A stretch of DNA of 64,000 nucleotides from Eledone cirrhosa. Lineage: Eukaryota. Within the stretch, counting starts at the first letter, position 1, and every line of letters starts with the position of its first letter. Made by a program: the position numbers and the translations under genes. The notes beneath the pieces were generated by a model, which saw only the letters and a program-made list of their open reading frames with translations, did no database searches and was not told the DNA's origin. Below, one piece after another: positions 34,466 to 47,200 of this stretch. The DNA is taken from assembly GCA_964016885.1 (NCBI GenBank), contig OZ024742.1, forward strand, positions 273,482,001 to 273,546,000. Reading direction: 5' to 3'.

Positions 34466-37400
34466 GAAAAGAGCAACATTATTCATGAATTGCATTTACT
34501 GACCCGTTCATCACCATGTTCGGCTTGACCTCGATACTTCAGCTCATTCTAACTAACATTCGGTTTGCTTGACCCCATCTTCTCTTCATTGCATTTCCAC
34601 ATCATTTATTCTATAACTAGGTTGTTGCTATTCCTATATAAACTGACTGTTTATACTACGATCAAGTCTTGTTGTAACCTTGGGCTTAAGGAAGTGCTTT
34701 TGTAGTCTTCAACAGTTATCCATTATAATTGCAACACCGTTACAAGAATATCACAGTGATGTATTAAGGTAAGGGCGATAATTTGAGTAACTCTGACTAA
34801 TAAGTAATGTCTTAACTTAGTATTATCGCGTCTTATCACTACGTGCTTAATTGATGAATTCCATTTCAAAATAGCACATTACTAGTCATTCTTGCATTAA
34901 GTTCTATTGAACTCGTTGGCTCATTGATCCTTTATTGAGTCTGCCACCTTAATTCCCTCAAGCTAAGTTATTACTATTCCTACATGAAAGACTGGTTAAT
35001 CTTCATATATAACTTGTCTCGACTTGGTTAGTATTTGTGTTTTCATTGTAGTTGTGTTTATTACAAAGCGTTATTCCAGAACATTAGTTGAAACTTTTTC
35101 ATACTGGAACAGGACTCATTATAGTAAGTTTCTTATACATCATTTTATAGGCTTATATAGGCAAATCTTTGCGTAATTTTACTAAAGACATTCGATAAAC
35201 AGAAAATGGCCTCAGCAATGAAGAAAAAAATGCAGGTAGTACAGCGTTGATTACTTACGGTTATGATTCATCCCATCGCCGTCGAACCACCTGTCACCCA
35301 TGTTTTTAATTTGCAAGGAGTCCTTTTCGAATGAGGCGATGAAGCCATCGCGTTTGAGTAGACACCTGGAGGTGAGACACCCCGATAAGAGATATAAAGA
35401 TTTAACATACTTTCAGTCTCTCAGGGACTAATTTCAGGAAACAACACTAATTTCGTCTGCCTTTTCAAAAGTTGACGCTTCAAATGTTGATGGACTTCTC
35501 GCATCTTACAATATTACCAACATAATCGCAAAGTGTGGCAAGCCCCATTCCTTGGTAGCACCTGTCATCTCAGAAGTTCTTTCAACAGTACTACATCACA
35601 AACCGTTAAAGACCTTGAAACGTATTCCATTGAGTAACGACTCAATAAGGAGAGGCATCGACGAAATGGCGGAAAATGTTGAATAAAAGTTATGCAACAT
35701 CTTGAAATCGACACAATTTTCTTTGCAAATTGATGAAAGCACACTTTCCGGGAATCAGTCCTTACTACTGGGGTACGTGTGATTTTTCCACCAAAACGAA
35801 ATGCACGAGGCGCTTCTCTTCACTCTGAATCTAGCCAAAGATACTAAATCTTTGAATCTGTCAAGGGATATCTCGAAAAAAAAGAGATACCTCTTAACAA
35901 TATTGTATCATGTGCTACGGACGGCGCAAGAGCAATGGTCGGCCAACATAAGGGTTTCGTCTCTCTTCTGAAGAGGGAAATTCCATCTGCATTTGCTGTT
36001 CACTGTGTCATTCATCGACAACACTTAGCTGAGAAGAAACTCAGCGAGCCGCTGAGCAAGTCTCTGCAGGTAGCCATTGATGTCAACAATTATATCAAAC
36101 GCCATGCCCTCAATGAACGAATTTTCCGGCAACTGTGCGATGATAATGACGAAGAATTCGTCGAATTGCTCCTTCATACTGAAGTGAGGTGGCTTTCAAA
36201 GGGCAAGTGCCTTACTCGCTTCTTTGAACTGTTCAACTCTATCATTGAAATTCTTCAAGGAAGCAACACAGAGCTGTATAAAAAACCCTCGATGTGAGGC
36301 AAGACTATGCCTACCTCGACGACATCTTCGACAAATGCAATAGCCTCATTATGGCTTTGCAGGGGGAGAAGATCACCTTGTTTAAAGCAATGAATGCTGT
36401 GAAAATATTCCTGGCCAAATTGAAAGTCATCGAAAGGAATCTTTTTCGACGGGAATTCTATAATTTTCCTAGTGTCACCAATGTTCAAAACATTGTGAGC
36501 GATGACCAACTCCAAAGTTATACTGCGCACCTCCGTGCACTACAAGACAACATGAGAGAACGGTTTGTCGACTTTTGCAGATGAACATCCCAATGTGGAG
36601 AGCAGATCCCTTCATAGCTAACGTCGACGATTTGGACGTTAAATTTCAGGGTAATTATTTGAACTTCAGACAGATGACATTAGCAAAATTAAATTTTCCA
36701 AAATAGGTGAACCCCTTTTTTGGATGCAAGAGGAAATTCAGCGTCGATTTTCACTCCTACATGCAGAGGATAAGAAATTTGCTTTGCCTTTTCCTAGCTC
36801 ATACTTAGTCGAGAGGGGGTTTGGCGCTGTTTCAAGACTGCATAGTAAGGCTCGCAACCGCTACAGTGGATATCTCCGGCTACATCTTACGAAAATCCAG
36901 CCTGACGTCAAAGAGTTAGCTAAACTCCATGAAGCTCAAGGGTCCCATTGAAACGAGGTCAAAGTAAGTCGATTTTTTATTTGTAGTTGCAGTCTGGCTG
37001 GACTGGAAACCATCTACAATTCACTTACTAATTTGTTGTATATATTTTACCGTTTACTAATGAATATACCCTCTTACGTGGTCATGAAAGCTCTCTTCCG
37101 TACTCTCTAAGCTTACAAAACGGAGGTGACATCAAGTTAGATATCAACATTTATTCTGTCCGTTTCATTAAAAGGAAAATTGGAAAGCTTTGAAATAATA
37201 CAATTGCCACTTTCTTCCAGATAAGAGCACACTTTGGATAGACAGAGTTGCTCTTGTATAAATCTTCAAAATAGCTGGTATCGTCTAGTGGGAATACAAA
37301 TTGAACTGGTCCGTATTCATAAAAAGAAACATTTATGTTCCTTTTTTTGAAATGTATATACTTCATTTCAAGGAATGTAATTATACTTTCAACTGCCTGC

Positions 37401-37564
37401 AATGGTATCTTTGAAATATCGTTAATCATTTTTTTAGTAATGTACTGATATCAAAATCAGTAATAGATTGAAAAATGCAAAGATAGGGTGGGGAGGGGGG
37501 GGCGTGTTTCGTGATTTCGAGGGGCAAAAGGGGGCGTTTGGCCGAAATGGGTTGGGAACCTTTG
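34466..37564 (+). mobile_element. Decayed hAT transposon of the Buster/Charlie (ZBED8/SCAND3-like) type
   Basis: Transposase relics at 35206-36951; right terminus GGTTGGGAACCTTTG is Charlie-like; left TIR not found, so the left boundary is approximate. Confidence 0.8.
35206..36951 (+). pseudogene. Buster/Charlie-type hAT transposase pseudogene
   Basis: YSVDYL..FSNEAMKPSRLSRHLEVRHP (BED finger), IPLSNDSI, FSLQIDEST, TDGARAMVG, VHCVIHRQHL, LLLHTEVRWLSKG, FPSSYLVERGF, QGSH-stop; several stops and frameshifts. Confidence 0.92.
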
Positions 37565-37949
37565 TTGCATACAATGTATGTTATAAAGTTAAACATAAAT
37601 CATACGTTATGTGAGAAGAGAAGAGTAAAGGGATCCCGATTTTATATGTGTCTTTAGATTGTCAGATTCTCTTGCATCTGATTGGTTAAGATTTCGTCCT
37701 TTGATGCGGTTAGCTTGGTTAAAGCAGTGGGGGTGTATTTGGTTTCTGAAGTACTTCGATTTTTCCTGGTTTTATTGGTTTATTGAGATAATGTTTGAAA
37801 GATAAGGTATGATAGATGTGTAACGTCAAATTATCAAAGCACTGATTTTTGAGTCAGCGATACAACGTATTTATACTAAGTCATATACACATTAAGAAGA
37901 AAAACAAAATAAATGAACTTAGGGATTCACATATATGATGGGTAATAAA

Positions 37950-39010
37950 GAATAACCTCCAATGGGGAATTTATATAGGCGATGCGCTTTTACTAGCTAA
38001 AAACATAAATAATCAGAACCTGGAAATGTTACAGAAGAACATTAGGCTTTCTTCAGTAGACTAGGCCTCGAAATTACATTTCAACCTAATTTAAAAAAGT
38101 TAATTTCTTAGATGTAACACTTAACTTACCACAGGATTAATAGAATATTTCCATCAAAATAATTAAGACCCAGTGTACATCAACTATCAATCTAAACATC
38201 CACGTTCCGTAATCAAATCAGTAGAACGTTGTATATCACTTAGAATATCCTGCCTATCATCTGTACTATTACACATCCAGACTATTACAACATCCAGACT
38301 ATTACAACACCGCATTACGCAAGGCGGGTCACAAAGAGGTGCTCGAATACATCTATGATAGTGACCATAACAAACATACACCTTGTGACAATTATAAATA
38401 ACAGACATAGGACTAGACGTCGGAATAAACAACATAAACAGGGAGTAGCCGAACAAAATAAGAACATAGGAACTTCTAAAACTATTTTGATATCTAGGAA
38501 AACCAATATTTAGGGTGTAATCCAGTTTTCAATTATGAGAGCAATACCAATCTACCCTTTATTTTCTTTAACCTAATAGATTAACACTTCCGAAAGCGGC
38601 ATACATACCACAAAAGTTCCACAAGGAAAACTATGAAACTATCATACTCTAACGCAGCAAATATAGAAACATACATAAAATAACTCAACTCAAGATTAAT
38701 CTCTAAAAATATTGGTTGACATACCACGAGCACAACAAATAATATCAAACACAACACTGTAACTATATCCCAACCAGGGGTGGACACTATATAACTTACA
38801 AACACAACGTATGCAGTCTAACACTCCAGCCTGATTCAAGCCATACATCGGGCTGTAAAGGAGGGCCACTACACAGGAAGGCCACTAAATTTAATTGCCA
38901 CCTACCAGGTGAATTCCCGCTACAGGAAAAATGCATTGAATCCAATTTAGTCTATCTATATACCACAAGATCGGGTGACCAAGAATAGTTCTACAGAGGT
39001 TCTACGGCAA
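37950..39010 (+). mobile_element. Heavily decayed Penelope-like fragment related to 13828-15828
   Basis: GIYIGDALL, NFLDVTLNL, YINYQSKHPRSVIKS, KLSYSNAANIE and FNCHLPGEFPLQEKC remnants. Confidence 0.8.
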
Positions 39011-40749
39011 TTTGATAAGATATTTGAACTCTACAAAGTTGTGCTAACCTTATTAGAGGAGCAATGGCTGTCTCAATTTGTCCGAGAGGCTCGTTCCGAA
39101 AAAATGTATAATTAATCAATATTTTAAAGACCTACAATTTCAAAACTATCAAAGGTATTGACCTAATACTTGATATTTTTCCATCATATAAATACAGGAG
39201 TTAGTATGAATTTTTTCAGGGGTATCTCAGGGGTGACCTGGGACCCTCTGGGTGATTTGAGATGGAGTGCCCCTCCTTCAAGATTTCATATCTATACATT
39301 CAACATTATTAATATATTTCAACAATAATGATTATGATGCAAAAAATGTCATGTTATGAGGAATAGAAAATATATGTGAGGAAGATCAAGAATCCTCTTT
39401 GAGCCGGCGGGCCAGTTGAAAGTGTTTGAATATTTAACGACTAATATATAATATTTGGGGAACTGCGGGACTGTGTGAGGGATTTTTCGTCTGAACATGT
39501 TATTAAAATAAGTTGGATTACTTTGAATAAATCATGAATAAATATTATGTAATTTTTCAATTAAATTTCGTAGCTCTTTATTAAGCATAAATATTCTTAT
39601 AAATACTGTATTGAGTATTTTAATACTCACTTCTTTTAAAATTTTCAAATGTCAATACTTCCGGTTAGTGATCGCTATATCAAAACTTATAACCGTACAC
39701 TATATCGCATCGCTTATATATGATTATATATACACAATCACTTATTTCCATCGTTATATAACATTTACATTTCCGTCGCGATTCTCATTTCCGTTTTCGT
39801 AACATTCCGTCATAATGCAGTTTATATATAATAACGTCTTTTTTAGATGTATCATAGATTACTTTACTTATTACAGAAGAGAGTGTAATACAGTCTCCTT
39901 TCAATTTCTGTGCACATTGTCAAATACGCTGGAAGGTTGTTTTTTCTGTTAGTTTTTATACTGGTTTAGATAACGTTTTCCAACAGGCACAATCAAGGTG
40001 TTTTAGGGGAGCATTTATTACATTAATTCGCCAACTGTATTTTAAGGTTCTTTTTTTTTTCAATCCCGTAAATATAGACAGCTAAGTTTTTCTTGGTGTA
40101 ATTTGAACTTAGAACGTGAAGGCATGTTTTTGTTTTCGACGTGTAAACCATTTTGCATATACAACGCTTTACAATTGATATTGATAAATCTGAATACGAT
40201 AAGTATATCTTCAGCGGCAACATCTATGAAAATGAATAAAAATATATTTGTTATGGATTAGATATATCATACTTTCCGTGATCAGTAAAATAGCATTTTA
40301 TACTCCCTCGAGTATTGATTAAAGTATTGAAATAAATGATGTCGATCGAATCACTGTTTGCAAGCTCTTTTATTAAGCAATTGGATAGTACAACTCGCAC
40401 CAATTAGATATAGTTTTCTAGGTATTACTGAATATATTCATAATTCCCGTCTTTAAAATTTACTGTCTAATTATTATCTTATATCGACATTTACAATTCA
40501 TTTTCTGTTTTACGCATTGCACGTTTTGTCAAATACCACTTAGTCCAAATTTAGCGCTCATCATTTCAGGATAGGTAAAACATATACCAACTCAGGGTGC
40601 TATTTGGCAGAATATTTGAGAGCAGTAGAATTATATCATGTATCTGTTTCACCTTGAAGCGTTCTAAGTGTAGGTGTCACCTCCAGACAGAGACCGACAA
40701 ATTCTCCAAATAATTCAGCTGCCAGCACTACAAATGATAAGACATAATT

Positions 40750-40915
40750 ATTTCTATAACTAGCAAAATCACAGATTGTTGGGATAGCGTGAAAGTCAAT
40801 TCTTTCGCTGCCAATATTTAACTAGTGCTTTATTTCATCAAGTTTGGATGGAGGAAATCAAACATCACAATGGTGAGATTTGATATCAGAGCATATAAAT
40901 GTGTATGTAAATACA
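40750..40915 (-). mobile_element. Very old SINE copy related to 32056-32257
   Basis: AACTAGTGCTTTATTTCATC..GATTTGATATCAGAGC aligns loosely with AACTGGTACTTAATTCATC..AATTTGAACTCAGAAC. Confidence 0.5.
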
Positions 40916-41010
40916 GCGTACTATTTTACCTGGCAACTGTTATGATAGCACCAATCCATGGGACTTACCGTTAACAAATTAAAGGAAGTCGTATGTAAGT
41001 TTTGTGTACT

Positions 41011-41167
<157 letters not shown>

Positions 41168-41168
<1 letters not shown>

Positions 41169-41214
41169 AAGACTATTTGAGTTTATAACTCTCTCTATAT
41201 AATATATATATATA

Positions 41215-41246
<32 letters not shown>

Positions 41247-41965
41247 ATATAGAGAGAGTTATAAACTCAAATAGTCTTTTACAATTAAATAGCTCAAAGA
41301 AAGGAATATTTCTGAGCTGTGTAATACAAATGAATATATGATAGAGATAAACACTGATACAAGTATAAATGTGTTTGCATTGCAAATGACCAAGTCAGCT
41401 AGATTGAAAAATACTAATTAAAATAATACGGTTTGCCTGTCTCGATTTAAAATAATAAATCACTAAAAACAAACCTATATTGGCAATAGCCGTGATACCT
41501 GGACGAATTTAAAATTTAAAATTTAAAATTTGTTTCGCAACAATTAAGTGAAAGTTCCCATTCCTGTGCTCTTCTGCAGGTATCCAGAAATTGGTAAGTT
41601 TCACTTCAAAATATTTAAGAAGACTGAGAGAAATGTGTTGTTGAAAGCACATGTGTCACAGCGCCTAGCACGTCCCATACTCGTGCCGCTAAAAATAGCA
41701 GCCGGTTTTATGGGACTAAAAATTAGCTCAACTCATGGAGCCGATAATATTATATATAGAGTTATAAACTCAAATAGTCTTTTAAAATTAAATAGCTCAA
41801 AGAAAGGAATATTTCTGAGCCGTGTAATACAAATGAATATATGATAAGGATAAACACTGATACAAGTATACATGTGTTCGCATTTCAATCTAGCTAACTT
41901 GGTCATTTGAGATGCGAACACATGTATACTTGTATCAGTGTTTATCCCTATCATATATTCATTTG

Positions 41966-41968
<3 letters not shown>
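41168..41968 (-). mobile_element. Non-coding retrozyme-like partial tandem (503-bp period) with inverted end pieces
   Basis: 41258-41382 is repeated at 41761-41885; 41885-41968 is the reverse complement of ~41326-41408; 41168-41200 is the reverse complement of ~41248-41280; hammerhead at 41494-41584. Confidence 0.7.
41494..41584 (-). ncRNA. Type I hammerhead fold with CAGAAGA (U4-to-A) core and 8-bp stem I
   Basis: GATACCTG-CAGAAGA-GCACA...TG(T)TGC-GAAA-CAAATTT..AAATTCG-TC-CAGGTATC; GUC triplet. Confidence 0.78.
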
Positions 41969-42030
<62 letters not shown>

Positions 42031-42032
<2 letters not shown>

Positions 42033-42921
42033 TATTACGTAAGTTGGATGGATGATTTTGGTTTCATAGAAACCTATCGGACGTATTGCAAAGTATCGTT
42101 CGATATGTCCAGGTCAGTTGTCTAACCTGATTAGTTTTTTAATTGCTTTTGGTATAGTGTGGCTAGGTCAAGCTGTCTAAACGTATGTTATTACTCTAAG
42201 GCCTACCTTATTGAGTGCTTTGATGCTCATTCCCAATTGTAGATCGTTAGCTAAGCCACAGCCAAAGCTTCGATTTTACTAAGCTTCCACTTGTATTATT
42301 ATCTCCTAGTCTTAATGATTAACTAATTAATTTAATTAGACAATTCCAGTGATTGGTTAATTATTAAGGTTTGTTTAATAACGTCTAGACGAGAGCTTTC
42401 CTTTCGGAATGTAGAACGAAATTGATTTCCCTTGTTCACACTTTGAATTTACGCACCAAAAACCGGTGGTTACTTCTCTTGTTGCAAATAACACGTGACA
42501 GTGAAACACTGAGAGCTGCCAACGTTAGCAGTTCGACGTTACATTCCACACAGGCATGAGGTATAGAACGAAATTTCCTGTTGATGACGTGAATCCACTA
42601 TTCGATCATGGAACACCACAGGCTTACATATTACGTAAGTTGGATGGATGATTTTGGATTTCATAGAAACCTTTCGGACGTATTGCAAAATATCGGTCGA
42701 TATGTCCAGGTCAGTTGTCTAACCTGATTAGTTTTTTCGTTGTTTTTGGTATCGTATGGCGAGGTCTACGTGCCGCAATTTTCAATTTGACAAGCTGTCT
42801 AAACGTAAAACGTATGTTATTACTCTAACGCCTACGTTATAGAGTGTTTTGCGGCTAATTCCTAATTGTAGGTCGTTAGCTTGGCCACAGCCAAAGCTTC
42901 GATTTTACTAAGCTTCCACTT

Positions 42922-42923
<2 letters not shown>
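42031..42923 (+). mobile_element. Non-coding retrozyme-like partial tandem (repeats 42031-42294 and 42627-42923; 596-bp start-to-start)
   Basis: Direct repeats with indels, (TA)n on both sides, large hammerhead at 42577-42710. Confidence 0.72.
42577..42710 (+). ncRNA. Large type I hammerhead with UUGAUGA (U3:G8) core and long stems II and III
   Basis: CCTG-TTGATGA-C-GTGAATCCA...TGGA(T)TTCAT-A-GAAA-C..TCGGACG-TATT-gcaa-AATA-TCGGTCGATATG-TC-CAGG; the upstream repeat has better-paired TATCGGACG/CGTTCGATA. Confidence 0.72.
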
Positions 42924-42975
<52 letters not shown>

Positions 42976-42980
42976 ATAAT

Positions 42981-43103
42981 AAATTGAAGTGAAGGCAACT
43001 GGTGCATGTGTTTCTTATTGGCAACGTGACCCTCCCAAAGTATAACAATATCGGTTTCAACACACGGTTTCAGATAAAGAATCTTGCTAAACAAATTCAG
43101 AAA

Positions 43104-43106
<3 letters not shown>
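42981..43106 (+). repeat. Solo tail fragment of the 26470-27455 PLE family between (TA)n tracts
   Basis: 42981-43050 matches 27385-27453; 43083-43106 is the reverse complement of ~26471-26497. Confidence 0.7.
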
Positions 43107-43153
<47 letters not shown>

Positions 43154-43159
<6 letters not shown>

Positions 43160-44240
43160 AATTAGTATATCTACCAACATATATATACAGATGCATACCT
43201 ATGCTAGCAAATATATAGGTTTTGTCTTAGTAACTTTGTGGTTCAATGCAAGGGGATGCAGAACAATTATATGAACGACGTAAAATAATAAAGTTATAAA
43301 AATTAACTTACTTACTAAAATTTCACTCCAACTAATTAGTTTCTGAAAGGGAATAAACATGGTACCGAATGGAACAACATGGAGAAAAATCCTTTCAGGG
43401 AGATCTATTCTCAGCTAAGTTCCCAGGCAATGCGTGGACACAGGGAACTTATACAAAATAATTCAGTGGATGGAAAAAAAGCAAGCGAGGACTAAATTCC
43501 AGGACATTGAAAAAATCACTGCCTACTTGGTCGGTGGCAAATTCAAAAGAATCAATCACGGGACATCGAGGTCAATCAGTGAGGAGTGGGGTGCTAATAA
43601 GACAGTAGCCTGACTATTACTATGAACCATAGTAGTAGTATTGGCAAATTTTTGCTCAACAAAATAATTTGGAGATAATTATAAAGAATTAGTATATCTA
43701 CCAACATATATATACAGATGCATACCTACGCTAGCAAATATATAGGTTTTGTCTTAGTAACTTTGTGGTTCAATGCAAGGGGATGCAGAACAATTAAATG
43801 AAAGACGTAAAATAAGAAAATTATAAAAATTAACTTACTTACTAAAATTTCACTCCAACTAATTAGTTTCTGAAAGGGAATAAACATGGTTTCCGAATGG
43901 AACAACATGGAGAAAAATCGTTTCGTCATCAGGGAGGTCTATTCTCAGCTAAGTTCCCAGGCAATGCGTGGATACAGGGAACTTATACAAAAATAATTCA
44001 GTGGATGGAACAAAGCAAGCGAGGACTAAATTCCAGGACATTGAAAAAATCACTGCCTACTTGGTTGGTGGCAAATTCAAAAGAATCAATCACGTGACAT
44101 TGAGGTGAATCAGTGAGGAGTGGGGTGCTAATAAGACAGTAGCCTGACTATTACTATGAACCATAGTAGTAATTTTGGCAAATTTTTGCTCAACAAAATA
44201 ATTTGGAGATAATTATAATGAATTAGTATATCTACCAACA
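43154..44240 (-). mobile_element. Non-coding retrozyme-like tandem, ~2.05 monomers (starts at 43154, 43681, 44215; 527/534 bp)
   Basis: Direct tandem repeat; intact hammerhead at 43853-43936 and core-deleted copy at 43326-43402. Confidence 0.78.
43853..43936 (-). ncRNA. Type I hammerhead, canonical core, extended stem II
   Basis: CTCC-CTGATGA-C-GAAA(CG)...CCTTTC-A-GAAA-CTAATTAG-TT-GGAG; palindromic stem III; GUU triplet. Confidence 0.8.
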
Positions 44241-47200
44241 GATTGGCCAGAGAGGAAAGTGTCCGTCTTCAACCCCTTCAAGCTTGTCTACCACAATCTT
44301 TTTCGCCATGGCCACCAGGCAGATGGACACTGTGTGCCCTTCCTCCTCAATGAAGCAAGATGGCGGGCTATCTGCACAATGGACTCAGTCGATAACCGGA
44401 TCCGTCCTAAACGCGACAGCTCCGCATTTCAGCAATCCTCAGGCACTGAACGAGTGCGTGCAGAACGGTTTCCTCACCCTGCGCGCATTTCGGACAGGCT
44501 CGGCTGACAGCACCTCCATGCCTGTAGAGCTTATCCCAAACCAGCAACGCCAGGCCAGGGATTTGTGGAAGTTGTCCATAGGCCCCGGGCTGAAAGTTCA
44601 CTTGGAGAGAGCGAACAGCTGATCGTCTTTGACGCCCAGTGTCTCCCCGAGAACATCGTCGCTCTTCCTCTCCACTAGCCCTCTATAGAATGCCGAGGTG
44701 GATGTTCCACCGATACTCTTGCCCAGCTGGTAGAGGGCGGTGAGCGCTTGGAGAAATTCCAGCTACCAAGTGCTATACCTCGGTCTTTTCCTGATCCAGA
44801 ACAGCAGCTCCGTCAAGGAGAGGAGCTGGGGAAAGGCATGTCTGGCAAACGACGACCACACCTGTTCACAATCAAGGATGCACCAGAGATGTCGCAACCT
44901 CAGCGCATGCTTGTACATCATCATCCACGGCATGCCCAGTCCTCCACGCAACGGTTGCTGACAGCAGATGGATCGTCTGATCATGTGAGCACGTCCCTTC
45001 CACAAAAAGCGGAAGAGAAGGTGCTCCATTTTGGTCAGAGTTGGGCGGGTGCAATCTACGAGGCTCAGGCGGTAACACATGACTCATTCGCCACCCCCGC
45101 CCGACCTTTCAGAGACAGCCTCCTCTCGGCTCATTTCTGGGTAAAAGAAACAACCCTGCTCGTCACCTCCCTCCAGTTTTCCTCCATCTGGAGGTCTGGA
45201 TCGAACAAGACCCCGAGCAATCTAACCGGTCCTTCCGTCAAGGGCATCATAACGCTGTCAGACGGCAGGGACTTGCCTCTCCAGGTGCCGAGTTGCAAGC
45301 CCATCAACTCTACCTAGTTTAACCTTGCTCCTGTCACCGCTTCGTATTCCCTGAGTGCAGTGCCGAGCATCTGGACGAGTTTGGTATTTGACACCACCAC
45401 GGTGAAATCGTCGACGTAAGCCGACACGTATCTTTCGCACCCACATTCGTTAGGGACACCCTCATGCTCTTCAATGTGTGCAGTAATTGCTCCAGGGGCA
45501 GTACGTACAAGAGGGACGAGAGGGGACAAATCTGGCAGACCGAGGGCATGATGCTGAAAGGCTGCGAAGGTGACCATTCACCCTTAAAATCGAAGAGATG
45601 TTGCTCTGCATCGCAGTAAACAAGCCCCTGAAAATGGGCCCCAAACCCTCCCCCTCGAGGACCGACACCAGGTACCGATGTTCTACCCTATCAAATGCCT
45701 TAATTTGATCTAATTTGAACAGGGGCCCACCCATCACAGGTTCCTTAACCACCCTCTCTATGATGTATCGGATGAGGTGGAGGTTGTTGTGGATGGATCT
45801 GTCTGGAATGGCGCATGTCTGCGCCTCTCCTACCAGATTACCAACGACAAGCGCGAACCTCGTGGCTAACACCTTCGCCAAAATCTTGAAATCCTAGTTT
45901 AACAGGGTTATGGACCTGAAATTGTCAATAACGACTCCCTTGTTCGGGTCTTTTCTCAACAGCACCACCTATCCCCGGCTAACAGAACTGGGATTGCTCC
46001 TGTTCTGCTGCCATTTGCAGTAGACATCTGCCAAGAGGTCGCCGAACAAGTTTGGCATCTACACATAAAGCTCGTAGGGCAAACCATCCAAAGCTGGCGA
46101 TTTACCCCTCGTGTAGTCAGACATCGCTTCCCGTATTTCACCTGTTGTTATCGGTTTTTCGAAATATTGCACTGCAGTCGTCGAGAGCTGCCGCAGCGCC
46201 TTGGCGTATGCACTGAAATTCATACTCCGATCTGGCCCGCCGCCGCTTCCAATTATTTGGCAAAGTGCTGCTGAAAGGCCTCACATATCTGCTCGGGTTC
46301 GAGTAACATGTGCCCGTTTTAGTCAGGCAAGGATTGAATTGTGGCTTTGTTGCCACGTCACGCTTCCACCATCCGGGCCCATTGGACAGATTTTGACCTC
46401 TCTTGTCTCAGAGCACGCGCTCTAACACTGACAACGCAGCCTTCGTACTTTGCATTGAAGGATTGATCGTGTGCCAATCTTGCCGCAAACGCGATGCCTG
46501 TCCTAAACGCTTCTTCTAGCTTTCTAACTAGCTCTCCTTCTCTATTTTCCTCTATATTTACTCCTTTCCTAAACCTTATTAATTCTACTCCAATTTCCCT
46601 TTTCAGGTTAAACCACCGCCTGTTGTTGCCGATCCCACCCGTCAATGCACGCTTACTATTTCGCTTATCCGGTCTCTGTAAGCTTTGCGAGCCGGGTACG
46701 ACGCGTTCAGCTTCCAGTAACCGGGTCCTTGCCTATGAATTATATCTAATTCAACTTCACAGATCACAAACTGGTGGTCCGAGTAGCCGACTACTATAAA
46801 TTGGGGACAACCTACGCTAGCCTTAACTGTTTCCCCACACAATACCCTATCTAGATACAATCTGGATGACTCGATGTGCTATGCCCATGTCCACATTGGC
46901 ACATTCGCATAATCCAGTCGATACCTGTCAGACTGTTCAACACGTCTGAGCAGGTTGTTGAGGCTTTTACATCCTCCTCCCTTATTTACTAACCCCACAT
47001 AATCCCAGCGAGCATCTAAGATACCGTTGCAGTCACCCACTAACAGTAAAGAGCGGGACGTTCCAAGAAAGGTCTCTAGGTGTCGGAAGAAATCTGGCCG
47101 TCCTGCCCCTGTTGGGGTGTAGACGGCTACTGACCTGAAAGCATTGCGTTCACTGCCTGTCACGTCCAGTACACCCGACTTACCTTCTGGGTCCAGGAAC

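Noticed and set aside
35206-36951. Domesticated ZBED8/SCAND3-like host gene
   Set aside because: Multiple stops and frameshifts plus a retained transposon terminus indicate a dead transposon.
37635-37710. Minus-strand GGACGAAA plus TCAGAT/ATCTGA hairpin
   Set aside because: Cleavage triplet and 5' core not identifiable.
39010-40740. Possible DNA-transposon or host exon remnants (ORF 40023..40223 and neighbours)
   Set aside because: No recognisable motif, terminal repeats or consistent splice structure; left unannotated.
41560-41600. Apparent microexon: pyrimidine tract-CAG / GTATCCAGAAATTG / GTAAGT
   Set aside because: It is 14 nt with no partner exons, and the acceptor-like sequence is explained as the reverse complement of the hammerhead core and stem I at 41494-41584.
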